Under the pieces are notes generated by a model. It saw only the letters and a program-made list of their open reading frames with translations. It searched no databases and was not told the origin of the DNA. 64,000 nt of DNA, taken from Eledone cirrhosa (taxonomy: Eukaryota). Positions 10,720-23,800 of the stretch are shown here, piece by piece (position 1 is the first letter of the stretch; each line of letters starts with the position of its first letter). The translations under genes and the position numbers were made by a program. The stretch is taken from NCBI GenBank assembly GCA_964016885.1, contig OZ024759.1:5828001-5892000 (forward strand). Reading direction: 5' to 3'.

Positions 10720-13700
10720 AGTCATGGTATTAGCTGTCAGAAGTAACTCCACTGTTGGTGAGAATTCATTTAAGTTCATGGTATTAGCTGTCAGAAGTAA
10801 CTCCACTGTTGGTGAGAATTCATTTAAGTTCATGGTACTAGCTGTCAGAAGTAACTCCACTGTTGGTGAGAATTCATTTAAGTTCATGGTATTAGTTTGT
10901 CAGAAGTAACTCCACAGTTGGTGAGAATTCATTTAAGTCATGGTATTAGTTGTCAGAAGTAACTCCAATGTTGGTGAGAATTCATTTAAGTTCATGGTAT
11001 TAGCTGTCAGAAGTAACTCCACTGTTGGTGAGAATTCATTTAAGTTCATGGTATTAGCTGTCAGAAGGAACTCCAATGTTGGTGAGAATTCATTTAAGTC
11101 ATGGTACTAGCTGTCAGAAGTAACTCCACTGTTGGTGAGAATTCATTTAAGTTCATGGTATTAGCTGGCAGAAGGAACGCCACTGTTGGTGAGAATTCAT
11201 TTAAGTTCATGGTATTAGCTGTTAGAAGTAACTCCACTGTTGGTGAGAATTCATTTAAGTTCATGGTACTAGCTGTCAGAAGTAACTCCAATGTTGGTGA
11301 GAATTCATTTAAGTTCATGGTATTAGCTGTCAGAAGTAACTCCACTGTTGGTGAGAATTCATTTAAGTCATGGTATTAGCTGTCAGAAGTAACTCCATTG
11401 TTGGTGAGAATTCATTTAAGCCATGGTACTAGCTGTCAGAAGTAACTCCACTGTTGGTGAGAATTCATTTAAGTTCATGGTATTAGCTGTCAGAAGGAAC
11501 TCCACTGTTGGTGAGAATTCATTTAAGTTCATGGTATTAGCTGTCAGAAGTAACTCCACTGTTGGTGAGAATTCATTTAAGTTCATGGTACTAGCTGTCA
11601 GAAGTAACTCCACTGTTGGTGAGAATTCATTTAAGTTCATGGTACTAGCTGTCAGAAGGAACTCCACTGTTGGTGAGAATTCATTTAAGTTAATGGTATT
11701 AGCTGTCAGAAGTAACTCCAATGTTGGTGAGAATTCATTTAAGTCATGGTACTAGCTGTCAGAAGTAACTCCACTGTTGGTGAGAATTCATTTAAGTTCA
11801 TGGTATTAGCTGTCAGAAGGAACTCCACTGTTGGTGAGAATTCATTTAAGTTCATGGTATTAGCTGTCAGAAGTAACTCCACTGTTGGTGAGAATTCATT
11901 TAAGTTCATGGTACTAGCTGTCAGAAGTAACTCCAATGTTGGTGAGAATTCATTTAAGTTCATGGTATTAGCTGTCAGAAGTAACTCCAATGTTGGTGAG
12001 TATTCATTTAAGTTCATGGTATTAGCTGTCAGAAGTCACTCCAATGTTGGTGAGAATTCATTTAAGTTCATGGTATTAGCTGTCAGAAGTAACTCCACTG
12101 TTGGTGAGAATTCATTTAAGTTCATGGTATTAGCTGTCAGAAGTAACTCCACTGTAGGTGAGAATTCATTTAAGTTCATGGTATTAGCTGTCAGAAGTAA
12201 CTCCACTGTTGGTGAGAATTCATTTAAGTTCATGGTATTAGCTGTCAGAAGTAACTCCACTGTTGGTGAGAATTCATTTAAGTTCATGGTATTAGCTGTC
12301 AGAAGTACCTCCACTGTTGGTGAGAATTCATTTAAGTTCATGGTATTAGCTGTCAGAAGTAACTCCACTGTTGGTGAGAATTCATTTAAGTCATTGTATT
12401 AGCTGTCAGAAGTAACTCCATTGTTGGTGAGAATTCATTTAAGTCATGGTACTAGCTGTCAGATGTAACTCCACTGTTGGTGAGAATTCATTTAAGTTCA
12501 TGGTACTAGCTGTCAGAAGTAACTCCACTGTTGGTGAGAATTCATTTAAGTTCATGGTATTAGCTGTCAGAAGGAACGCCACTGTTGGTGAGAATTCATT
12601 TAAGTTCATGGTATTAGCTGTCAGAAGTAACTCCACTGTTGGTGAGAATTCATTTAAGTTCATGGTACTAGCTGTGAGAAGTAACTCCAATGTTGGTGAG
12701 AATTCATTTAAGTTCATGGTATTAGCTGTCAGAAGGAACTCCACTGTTGGTGAGAATTCATTTAAGTTCATGGTATTAGCTGTCAGAAGTAACTCCACTG
12801 TTGGTGAGAATTCATTTAAGTTCATGGTACTAGTTGTCAGAAGTAACTCCACTGTTGGTGAGAATTCATTTAAGTTCATGGTATTAGTTGTCAGAAGTAA
12901 CTCCACTGTTGGTGAGAATTCATTTAAGTCATGGTATTAGTTGTCAGAAGTAACTCCAATGTTGGTGAGAATTCATTTAAGTTCATGGTATTAGCTGTCA
13001 GAAGTAACTCCACTGTTGGTGAGAATTCATTTAAGTTCATGGTATTAGCTGTCAGAAGTAACTCCACTGTTGGTGAGAATTCATTTAAGTCATGGTATTA
13101 GCTGTCAGAAGTAACTCCATTATTGGTGAGAATTCATTTAAGTTCATGGTATTAGCTGTCAGAAGTAACTCCACTGTTGGTGAGAATTCATTTAAGTTCA
13201 TGGTACTAGCTGTCAGAAGTAACTCCAATGTTGGTGAGAATTCATTTAAGTTCATGGTATTAGCTGTCAGAAGTAACTCCACTGTTGGTGAGAATTCATT
13301 TAAGTCATGGTATTAGCTGTCAGAAGTAACTCCACTGTTGGTGAGAATTCATTTAAGTTCATGGTATTAGCTGTCAGAAGTAACTCCACTGTTGGTGAGA
13401 ATTCATTTAAGTTCATGGTATTAGCTGTCAGAAGTAACTCCACTGTTGGTGAGAATTCATTTAAGTTCATGGTACTAGCTGTCAGAAGTAACTCCACTGT
13501 TGGTGAGAATTCATTTAAGTTCATGGTATTAGTTTGTCAGAAGTAACTCCACAGTTGGTGAGAATTCATTTAAGTCATGGTATTAGTTGTCAGAAGTAAC
13601 TCCAATGTTGGTGAGAATTCATTTAAGTTCATGGTATTAGCTGTCAGAAGTAACTCCACTGTTGGTGAGAATTCATTTAAGTTCATGGTATTAGCTGTCA

Positions 13701-16700
13701 GAAGGAACTCCAATGTTGGTGAGAATTCATTTAAGTCATGGTACTAGCTGTCAGAAGTAACTCCACTGTTGGTGAGAATTCATTTAAGTTCATGGTATTA
13801 GCTGGCAGAAGGAACGCCACTGTTGGTGAGAATTCATTTAAGTTCATGGTATTAGCTGTTAGAAGTAACTCCACTGTTGGTGAGAATTCATTTAAGTTCA
13901 TGGTACTAGCTGTCAGAAGTAACTCCAATGTTGGTGAGAATTCATTTAAGTTCATGGTATTAGCTGTCAGAAGTAACTCCACTGTTGGTGAGAATTCATT
14001 TAAGTCATGGTATTAGCTGTCAGAAGTAACTCCATTGTTGGTGAGAATTCATTTAAGCCATGGTACTAGCTGTCAGAAGTAACTCCACTGTTGGTGAGAA
14101 TTCATTTAAGTTCATGGTATTAGCTGTCAGAAGGAACTCCACTGTTGGTGAGAATTCATTTAAGTTCATGGTATTAGCTGTCAGAAGTAACTCCACTGTT
14201 GGTGAGAATTCATTTAAGTTCATGGTACTAGCTGTCAGAAGTAACTCCACTGTTGGTGAGAATTCATTTAAGTTCATGGTACTAGCTGTCAGAAGGAACT
14301 CCACTGTTGGTGAGAATTCATTTAAGTTAATGGTATTAGCTGTCAGAAGTAACTCCAATGTTGGTGAGAATTCATTTAAGTCATGGTACTAGCTGTCAGA
14401 AGTAACTCCACTGTTGGTGAGAATTCATTTAAGTTCATGGTATTAGCTGTCAGAAGGAACTCCACTGTTGGTGAGAATTCATTTAAGTTCATGGTATTAG
14501 CTGTCAGAAGTAACTCCACTGTTGGTGAGAATTCATTTAAGTTCATGGTACTAGCTGTCAGAAGTAACTCCAATGTTGGTGAGAATTCATTTAAGTTCAT
14601 GGTATTAGCTGTCAGAAGTAACTCCAATGTTGGTGAGTATTCATTTAAGTTCATGGTATTAGCTGTCAGAAGTCACTCCAATGTTGGTGAGAATTCATTT
14701 AAGTTCATGGTACTAGCTGTCAGAAGTAACTCCACTGTTGGTGAGAATTCATTTAAGTTCATGGTACTAGCTGTCAGAAGTAACTCCATTGTTGGTGAGA
14801 ATTCATTTAAGTTCATGGTACTAGTTGTCAGAAGTAACTCCACTGTTGGTGAGAATTCATTTAAGTTCATGGTATTAGTTGTCAGAAGTAACTCCACTGT
14901 TGGTGAGAATTCATTTAAGTCATGGTATTAGTTGTCAGAAGTAACTCCAATGTTGGTGAGAATTCATTTAAGTTCATGGTATTAGCTGTCAGAAGTAACT
15001 CCACTGTTGGTGAGAATTCATTTAAGTTCATGGTATTAGCTGTCAGAAGTAACTCCACTGTTGGTGAGAATTCATTTAAGTCATGGTATTAGCTGTCAGA
15101 AGTAACTCCATTGTTGGTGAGAATTCATTTAAGTTCATGGTATTAGCTGTCAGAAGTAACTCCACTGTTGGTGAGAATTCATTTAAGTTCATGGTACTAG
15201 CTGTCAGAAGTAACTCCAATGTTGGTGAGAATTCATTTAAGTTCATGGTATTAGCTGTCAGAAGTAACTCCACTGTTGGTGAGAATTCATTTAAGTTCAT
15301 GGTATTAGCTGTCAGAAGTAACTCCACTGTTGGTGAGAATTCATTTAAGTTCATGGTATTAGCTGTCAGAAGTAACTCCACTGTTGGTGAGAATTCATTT
15401 AAGTTCATGGTACTAGCTGTCAGAAGTAACTCCACTGTTGGTGAGAATTCATTTAAGTTCATGGTATTAGTTTGTCAGAAGTAACTCCACAGTTGGTGAG
15501 AATTCATTTAAGTCATGGTATTAGTTGTCAGAAGTAACTCCAATGTTGGTGAGAATTCATTTAAGTTCATGGTATTAGCTGTCAGAAGTAACTCCACTGT
15601 TGGTGAGAATTCATTTAAGTTCATGGTATTAGCTGTCAGAAGGAACTCCAATGTTGGTGAGAATTCATTTAAGTCATGGTACTAGCTGTCAGAAGTAACT
15701 CCACTGTTGGTGAGAATTCATTTAAGTTCATGGTATTAGCTGGCAGAAGGAACGCCACTGTTGGTGAGAATTCATTTAAGTTCATGGTATTAGCTGTTAG
15801 AAGTAATTCCACTGTTGGTGAGAATTCATTTAAGTTCATGGTACTAGCTGTCAGAAGTAACTCCAATGTTGGTGAGAATTCATTTAAGTTCATGGTATTA
15901 GCTGTCAGAAGTAACTCCACTGTTGGTGAGAATTCATTTAAGTCATGGTATTAGCTGTCAGAAGTAACTCCATTGTTGGTGAGAATTCATTTAAGCCATG
16001 GTACTAGCTGTCAGAATTAACTCCACTGTTGGTGAGAATTCATTTAAGTTCATGGTATTAGCTGTCAGAAGGAACTCCACTGTTCGTGAGAATTCATTTA
16101 AGTTCATGGTATTAGCTGTCAGAAGTAACTCCACTGTTGGTGAGAATTCATTTAAGTTCATGGTACTAGCTGTCAGAGGTAACTCCACTGTTGGTGAGAA
16201 TTCATTTAAGTTCATGGTACTAGCTGTCAGAAGGAACTCCACTGTTGGTGAGAATTCATTTAAGTTAATGGTATTAGCTGTCAGAAGTAACTCCAATGTT
16301 GGTGAGAATTCATTTAAGTCATGGTACTAGCTGTCAGAAGTAACTCCACTGTTGGTGAGAATTCATTTAAGTTCATGGTATTAGCTGTCAGAAGGAACTC
16401 CACTGTTGGTGAGAATTCATTTAAGTTCATGGTATTAGCTGTCAGAAGTAACTCCACTGTTGGTGAGAATTCATTTAAGTTCATGGTACTAGCTGTCAGA
16501 AGTAACTCCAATGTTGGTGAGAATTCATTTAAGTTCATGGTATTAGCTGTCAGAAGTAACTCCAATGTTGGTGAGTATTCATTTAAGTTCATGGTATTAG
16601 CTGTCAGAAGTCACTCCAATGTTGGTGAGAATTCATTTAAGTTCATGGTATTAGCTGTCAGAAGTAACTCCACTGTTGGTGAGAATTCATTTAAGTTCAT

Positions 16701-17890
16701 GGTATTAGCTGTCAGAAGTAACTCCACTGTTGGTGAGAATTCATTTAAGTTCATGGTATTAGCTGTCAGAAGTAACTCCACTGTTGGTGAGAATTCATTT
16801 AAGTTCATGGTATTAGCTGTCAGAAGTAACTCCACTGTTGGTGAGAATTCATTTAAGTTCATGGTATTAGCTGTCAGAAGTACCTCCACTGTTGGTGAGA
16901 ATTCATTTAAGTTCATGGTATTAGCTGTCAGAAGTAACTCCACTGTTGGTGAGAATTCATTTAAGTCATTGTATTAGCTGTCAGAAGTAACTCCATTGTT
17001 GGTGAGAATTCATTTAAGTCATGGTACTAGCTGTCAGATGTAACTCCACTGTTGGTGAGAATTCATTTAAGTTCATGGTACTAGCTGTCAGAAGTAACTC
17101 CACTGTTGGTGAGAATTCATTTAAGTTCATGGTATTAGCTGTCAGAAGGAACGCCACTGTTGGTGAGAATTCATTTAAGTTCATGGTATTAGCTGTCAGA
17201 AGTAACTCCACTGTTGGTGAGAATTCATTTAAGTTCATGGTACTAGCTGTGAGAAGTAACTCCAATGTTGGTGAGAATTCATTTAAGTTCATGGTATTAG
17301 CTGTCAGAAGGAACTCCACTGTTAGTGAGAATTCATTTAAGTTCATGGTATTAGCTGTCAGAAGTAACTCCACTGTTGGTGAGAATTCATTTAAGTTCAT
17401 GGTACTAGTTGTCAGAAGTAACTCCACTGTTGGTGAGAATTCATTTAAGTTCATGGTATTAGTTGTCAGAAGTAACTCCACTGTTGGTGAGAATTCATTT
17501 AAGTCATGGTATTAGTTGTCAGAAGTAACTCCAATGTTGGTGAGAATTCATTTAAGTTCATGGTATTAGCTGTCAGAAGTAACTCCACTGTTGGTGAGAA
17601 TTCATTTAAGTTCATGGTATTAGCTGTCAGAAGTAACTCCACTGTTGGTGAGAATTCATTTAAGTCATGGTATTAGCTGTCAGAAGTAACTCCATTGTTG
17701 GTGAGAATTCATTTAAGTTCATGGTATTAGCTGTCAGAAGTAACTCCACTGTTGGTGAGAATTCATTTAAGTTCATGGTACTAGGTGTCAGAAGTAACTC
17801 CAATGTTGGTGAGAATTCATTTAAGTTCATGGTATTAGCTGTCAGAAGTAACTCCACTGTTGGTGAGAATTCATTTAAGTCATGGTATTA
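10720..17890. repeat. Three-copy block (offsets 2637 and 1938 bp); middle copy internally deleted
   Basis: The EcoRI-destroying GAGTATTC has its variant T at 12001, 14638 and 16576. Copies 1 and 3 (+4575) share AGTACCTCC, AAGTCATTGT, AGATGTAAC and GCTGTGAG; copy 2 lacks these. Confidence 0.88.
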
Positions 17891-20800
17891 GCTGTCAGAA
17901 GTAACTCCACTGTTGGTGAGAATTCATTTAAGTTCATGGTACTAGCTGTCAGAAGTAACTCCAATGTTGGTGAGAATTCATTTAAGTTCATGGTATTAGC
18001 TGTCAGAAGTAACTCCACTGTTGGTGAGAATTCATTTAAGTCATGGTATTAGTTGTCAGAAGTAACTCCAATGTTGGTGAGAATTCATTTAAGTTCATGG
18101 TACTAGCTGTCAGAAGTAACTCCACTGTTGGTGAGAATTCATTTAAGTTCATGGTATTAGCTGTCAGAAGTAACTCCACCGTTGTTGAGAATTCATTTAA
18201 GTCATGGTATTAGCTGTCAGAAGTAACTCCACTGTTGGTGAGAATTCATATAAGTTCATGATATTAGCTGTCAGAAGTAACTCCACTGTTGGTGAGAATT
18301 CATTTAAGTTCATGGTACTAGCTGTCAGAAGTAACTCCACTGTTGGTGAGAATTCATTTAAGTTCATGGTATTAGCTGTCAGAAGTAACTCCACTGTTGG
18401 TGAGAATTCATTTAAGTTCATGGTACTAGCTGTCAGAAGTAACTCCACTGTTGGTGAGAATTCATTTAAGTTCATGGTATTAGCTGTCAGAAGTAACTCC
18501 ACTGTTGGTGAGAATTCATTTAAGTTCATGGTATTAGCTGTCAGAAGTAACTCCACTGTTGGTGAGAATTCATTTAAGTTCATGGTATTAGCTGTCAGAA
18601 GTAACTCCACTGTTGGTGAGAATTCATTTAAGTTCATGGTACTAGCTGTCAGAAGTAACTCCAATGTTGGTGAGAATTCATTTAAGTTCATGGTATTAGC
18701 TGTCAGAAGTAACTCCACTGTTGGTGAGAATTCATTTAAGTCATGGTATTAGCTGTCAGAAGTAACTCCAATGTTGGTGAGAATTCATTTAAGTTCATGG
18801 TATTAGCTGTCAGAAGGAACTCCACTGTTGGTGAGAATTCATTTAAGTTCATGGTATTAGCTGTCAGAAGTAACTCCACTGTTGGTGAGAATTCATTTAA
18901 GTTCATGGTATTAGCTGTCAGAAGGAACTCCAATGTTGGTGAGAATTCATTTAAGTCATGGTACTAGCTGTCAGAAGTAACTCCACTGTTGGTGAGAATT
19001 CATTTAAGTTCATGGTATTAGCTGGCAGAAGGAACGCCACTGTTGGTGAGAATTCATTTAAGTTCATGGTATTAGCTGTTAGAAGTAACTCCACTGTTGG
19101 TGAGAATTCATTTAAGTTCATGGTACTAGCTGTCAGAAGTAACTCCAATGTTGGTGAGAATTCATTTAAGTTCATGGTATTAGCTGTCAGAAGTAACTCC
19201 ACTGTTGGTGAGAATTCATTTAAGTCATGGTATTAGCTGTCAGAAGTAACTCCATTGTTGGTGAGAATTCATTTAAGCCATGGTACTAGCTGTCAGAAGT
19301 AACTCCACTGTTGGTGAGAATTCATTTAAGTTCATGGTATTAGCTGTCAGAAGGAACTCCACTGTTGGTGAGAATTCATTTAAGTTCATGGTATTAGCTG
19401 TCAGAAGTAACTCCACTGTTGGTGAGAATTCATTTAAGTTCATGGTACTAGCTGTCAGAAGTAACTCCACTGTTGGTGAGAATTCATTTAAGTTCATGGT
19501 ACTAGCTGTCAGAAGGAACTCCACTGTTGGTGAGAATTCATTTAAGTTAATGGTATTAGCTGTCAGAAGTAACTCCACTGTTGGTGAGAATTCATTTAAG
19601 TTCATGGTATTAGCTGTCAGAAGTAACTCCACTGTTGGTGAGAATTCATTTAAGTCATGGTATTAGCTGTCAGAAGTAACTCCATTGTTGGTGAGAATTC
19701 ATTTAAGTTCATGGTATTAGCTGTCAGAAGTAACTCCACTGTTGGTGAGAATTCATTTAAGTTCATGGTACTAGCTGTCAGAAGTAACTCCAATGTTGGT
19801 GAGAATTCATTTAAGTTCATGGTATTAGCTGTCAGAAGTAACTCCACTGTTGGTGAGAATTCATTTAAGTCATGGTATTAGCTGTCAGAAGTAACTCCAC
19901 TGTTGGTGAGAATTCATTTAAGTTCATGGTACTAGCTGTCAGAAGTAACTCCAATGTTGGTGAGAATTCATTTAAGTTCATGGTATTAGCTGTCAGAAGT
20001 AACTCCACTGTTGGTGAGAATTCATTTAAGTCATGGTATTAGTTGTCAGAAGTAACTCCAATGTTGGTGAGAATTCATTTAAGTTCATGGTACTAGCTGT
20101 CAGAAGTAACTCCACTGTTGGTGAGAATTCATTTAAGTTCATGGTATTAGCTGTCAGAAGTAACTCCACCGTTGTTGAGAATTCATTTAAGTCATGGTAT
20201 TAGCTGTCAGAAGTAACTCCACTGTTGGTGAGAATTCATATAAGTTCATGATATTAGCTGTCAGAAGTAACTCCACTGTTGGTGAGAATTCATTTAAGTT
20301 CATGGTACTAGCTGTCAGAAGTAACTCCACTGTTGGTGAGAATTCATTTAAGTTCATGGTATTAGCTGTCAGAAGTAACTCCACTGTTGGTGAGAATTCA
20401 TTTAAGTTCATGGTACTAGCTGTCAGAAGTAACTCCACTGTTGGTGAGAATTCATTTAAGTTCATGGTATTAGCTGTCAGAAGTAACTCCACTGTTGGTG
20501 AGAATTCATTTAAGTTCATGGTATTAGCTGTCAGAAGTAACTCCACTGTTGGTGAGAATTCATTTAAGTTCATGGTATTAGCTGTCAGAAGTAACTCCAC
20601 TGTTGGTGAGAATTCATTTAAGTTCATGGTACTAGCTGTCAGAAGTAACTCCAATGTTGGTGAGAATTCATTTAAGTTCATGGTATTAGCTGTCAGAAGT
20701 AACTCCACTGTTGGTGAGAATTCATTTAAGTCATGGTATTAGCTGTCAGAAGTAACTCCAATGTTGGTGAGAATTCATTTAAGTTCATGGTATTAGCTGT

Positions 20801-23800
20801 CAGAAGGAACTCCACTGTTGGTGAGAATTCATTTAAGTTCATGGTATTAGCTGTCAGAAGTAACTCCACTGTTGGTGAGAATTCATTTAAGTTCATGGTA
20901 TTAGCTGTCAGAAGGAACTCCAATGTTGGTGAGAATTCATTTAAGTCATGGTACTAGCTGTCAGAAGTAACTCCACTGTTGGTGAGAATTCATTTAAGTT
21001 CATGGTATTAGCTGGCAGAAGGAACGCCACTGTTGGTGAGAATTCATTTAAGTTCATGGTATTAGCTGTTAGAAGTAACTCCACTGTTGGTGAGAATTCA
21101 TTTAAGTTCATGGTACTAGCTGTCAGAAGTAACTCCAATGTTGGTGAGAATTCATTTAAGTTCATGGTATTAGCTGTCAGAAGTAACTCCACTGTTGGTG
21201 AGAATTCATTTAAGTCATGGTATTAGCTGTCAGAAGTAACTCCATTGTTGGTGAGAATTCATTTAAGCCATGGTACTAGCTGTCAGAAGTAACTCCACTG
21301 TTGGTGAGAATTCATTTAAGTTCATGGTATTAGCTGTCAGAAGGAACTCCACTGTTGGTGAGAATTCATTTAAGTTCATGGTATTAGCTGTCAGAAGTAA
21401 CTCCACTGTTGGTGAGAATTCATTTAAGTTCATGGTACTAGCTGTCAGAAGTAACTCCACTGTTGGTGAGAATTCATTTAAGTTCATGGTACTAGCTGTC
21501 AGAAGGAACTCCACTGTTGGTGAGAATTCATTTAAGTTAATGGTATTAGCTGTCAGAAGTAACTCCAATGTTGGTGAGAATTCATTTAAGTCATGGTACT
21601 AGCTGTCAGAAGTAACTCCACTGTTGGTGAGAATTCATTTAAGTTCATGGTATTAGCTGTCAGAAGGAAATCCACTGTTGGTGAGAATTCATTTAAGTTC
21701 ATGGTATTAGCTGTCAGAAGTAACTCCACTGTTGGTGAGAATTCATTTAAGTTCATGGTACTAGCTGTCAGAAGTAACTCCAATGTTGGTGAGAATTCAT
21801 TTAAGTTCATGGTATTAGCTGTCAGAAGTAACTCCAATGTTGGTGAGAATTCATTTAAGTTCATGGTATTAGCTGTCAGAAGTAACTCCACTGTTGGTGA
21901 GAATTCATTTAAGTTCATGGTACTAGCTGTCAGAAGTAACTCCACTGTTGGTGAGAATTCATTTAAGTTCATGGTATTAGCTGTCAGAAGTCACTCCAAT
22001 GTTGGTGAGAATTCATTTAAGTTCATGGTATTAGCTGTCAGAAGTAACTCCACTGTTGGTGAGAATTCATTTAAGTTCATGGTATTAGCTGTCAGAAGTA
22101 ACTCCACTGTTGGTGAGAATTCATTTAAGTTCATGGTATTAGCTGTCAGAAGTAACTCCACTGTTGGTGAGAATTCATTTAAGTTCATGGTATTAGCTGT
22201 CAGAAGTAACTCCACTGTTGGTGAGAATTCATTTAAGTTCATGGTATTAGCTGTCAGAAGTACCTCCACTGTTGGTGAGAATTCATTTAAGTTCATGGTA
22301 TTAGCTGTCAGAAGTAACTCCACTGTTGGTGAGAATTCATTTAAGTCATGGTATTAGCTGTCAGAAGTAACTCCACTGTTGGTGAGAATTCATTTAAGTT
22401 CATGGTACTAGCTGTGAGAAGTAACTCCAATGTTGGTGAGAATTCATTTAAGTTCATGGTATTAGCTGTCAGAAGGAACTCCACTGTTGGTGAGAATTCA
22501 TTTAAGTTCATGGTATTAGCTGTCAGAAGTAACTCCACTGTTGGTGAGAATTCATTTAAGTTCATGGTACTAGTTGTCAGAAGTAACTCCACTGTTGGTG
22601 AGAATTCATTTAAGTCATGGTATTAGCTGTCAGAAGAAACTCCATTGTTGGTGAGAATTCATTTAAGTTCATGGTATTAGCTGTCAGAAGTAACTCCACT
22701 GTTGGTGAGAATTCATTTAAGTTCATGGTACTAGCTGTCAGAAGTAACTCCAATGTTGGTGAGAATTCATTTAAGTTCATGGTATTAGCTGTCAGAAGTA
22801 ACTCCACTGTTGGTGAGAATTCATTTAAGTCATGGTATTAGCTGTCAGAAGTAACTCCAATGTTGGTGAGAATTCATTTAAGTTCATGGTACTAGCTGTC
22901 AGAAGTAACTCCAATGTTGGTGAGAATTCATTTAAGTTCATGGTATTAGCTGTCAGAAGTAACTCCACTGTTGGTGAGAATTCATTTAAGTCATGGTATT
23001 AGTTGTCAGAAGTAACTCCAATGTTGGTGAGAATTCATTTAAGTTCATGGTACTAGCTGTCAGAAGTAACTCCACTGTTGGTGAGAATTCATTTAAGTTC
23101 ATGGTATTAGCTGTCAGAAGTAACTCCACCGTTGTTGAGAATTCATTTAAGTCATGGTATTAGCTGTCAGAAGTAACTCCACTGTTGGTGAGAATTCATA
23201 TAAGTTCATGGTATTAGCTGTCAGAAGTAACTCCACTGTTGGTGAGAATTCATTTAAGTTCATGGTACTAGCTGTCAGAAGTAACTCCACTGTTGGTGAG
23301 AATTCATTTAAGTTCATGGTATTAGCTGTCAGAAGTAACTCCACTGTTGGTGAGAATTCATTTAAGTTCATGGTACTAGCTGTCAGAAGTAACTCCACTG
23401 TTGGTGAGAATTCATTTAAGTTCATGGTATTAGCTGTCAGAAGTAACTCCACTGTTGGTGAGAATTCATTTAAGTTCATGGTATTAGCTGTCAGAAGTAA
23501 CTCCACTGTTGGTGAGAATTCATTTAAGTTCATGGTATTAGCTGTCAGAAGTAACTCCACTGTTGGTGAGAATTCATTTAAGTTCATGGTACTAGCTGTC
23601 AGAAGTAACTCCAATGTTGGTGAGAATTTATTTAAGTTCATGGTATTAGCTGTCAGAAGTAACTCCACTGTTGGTGAGAATTCATTTAAGTCATGGTATT
23701 AGCTGTCAGAAGTAACTCCAATGTTGGTGAGAATTCATTTAAGTTCATGGTATTAGCTGTCAGAAGGAACTCCACTGTTGGTGAGAATTCATTTAAGTTC

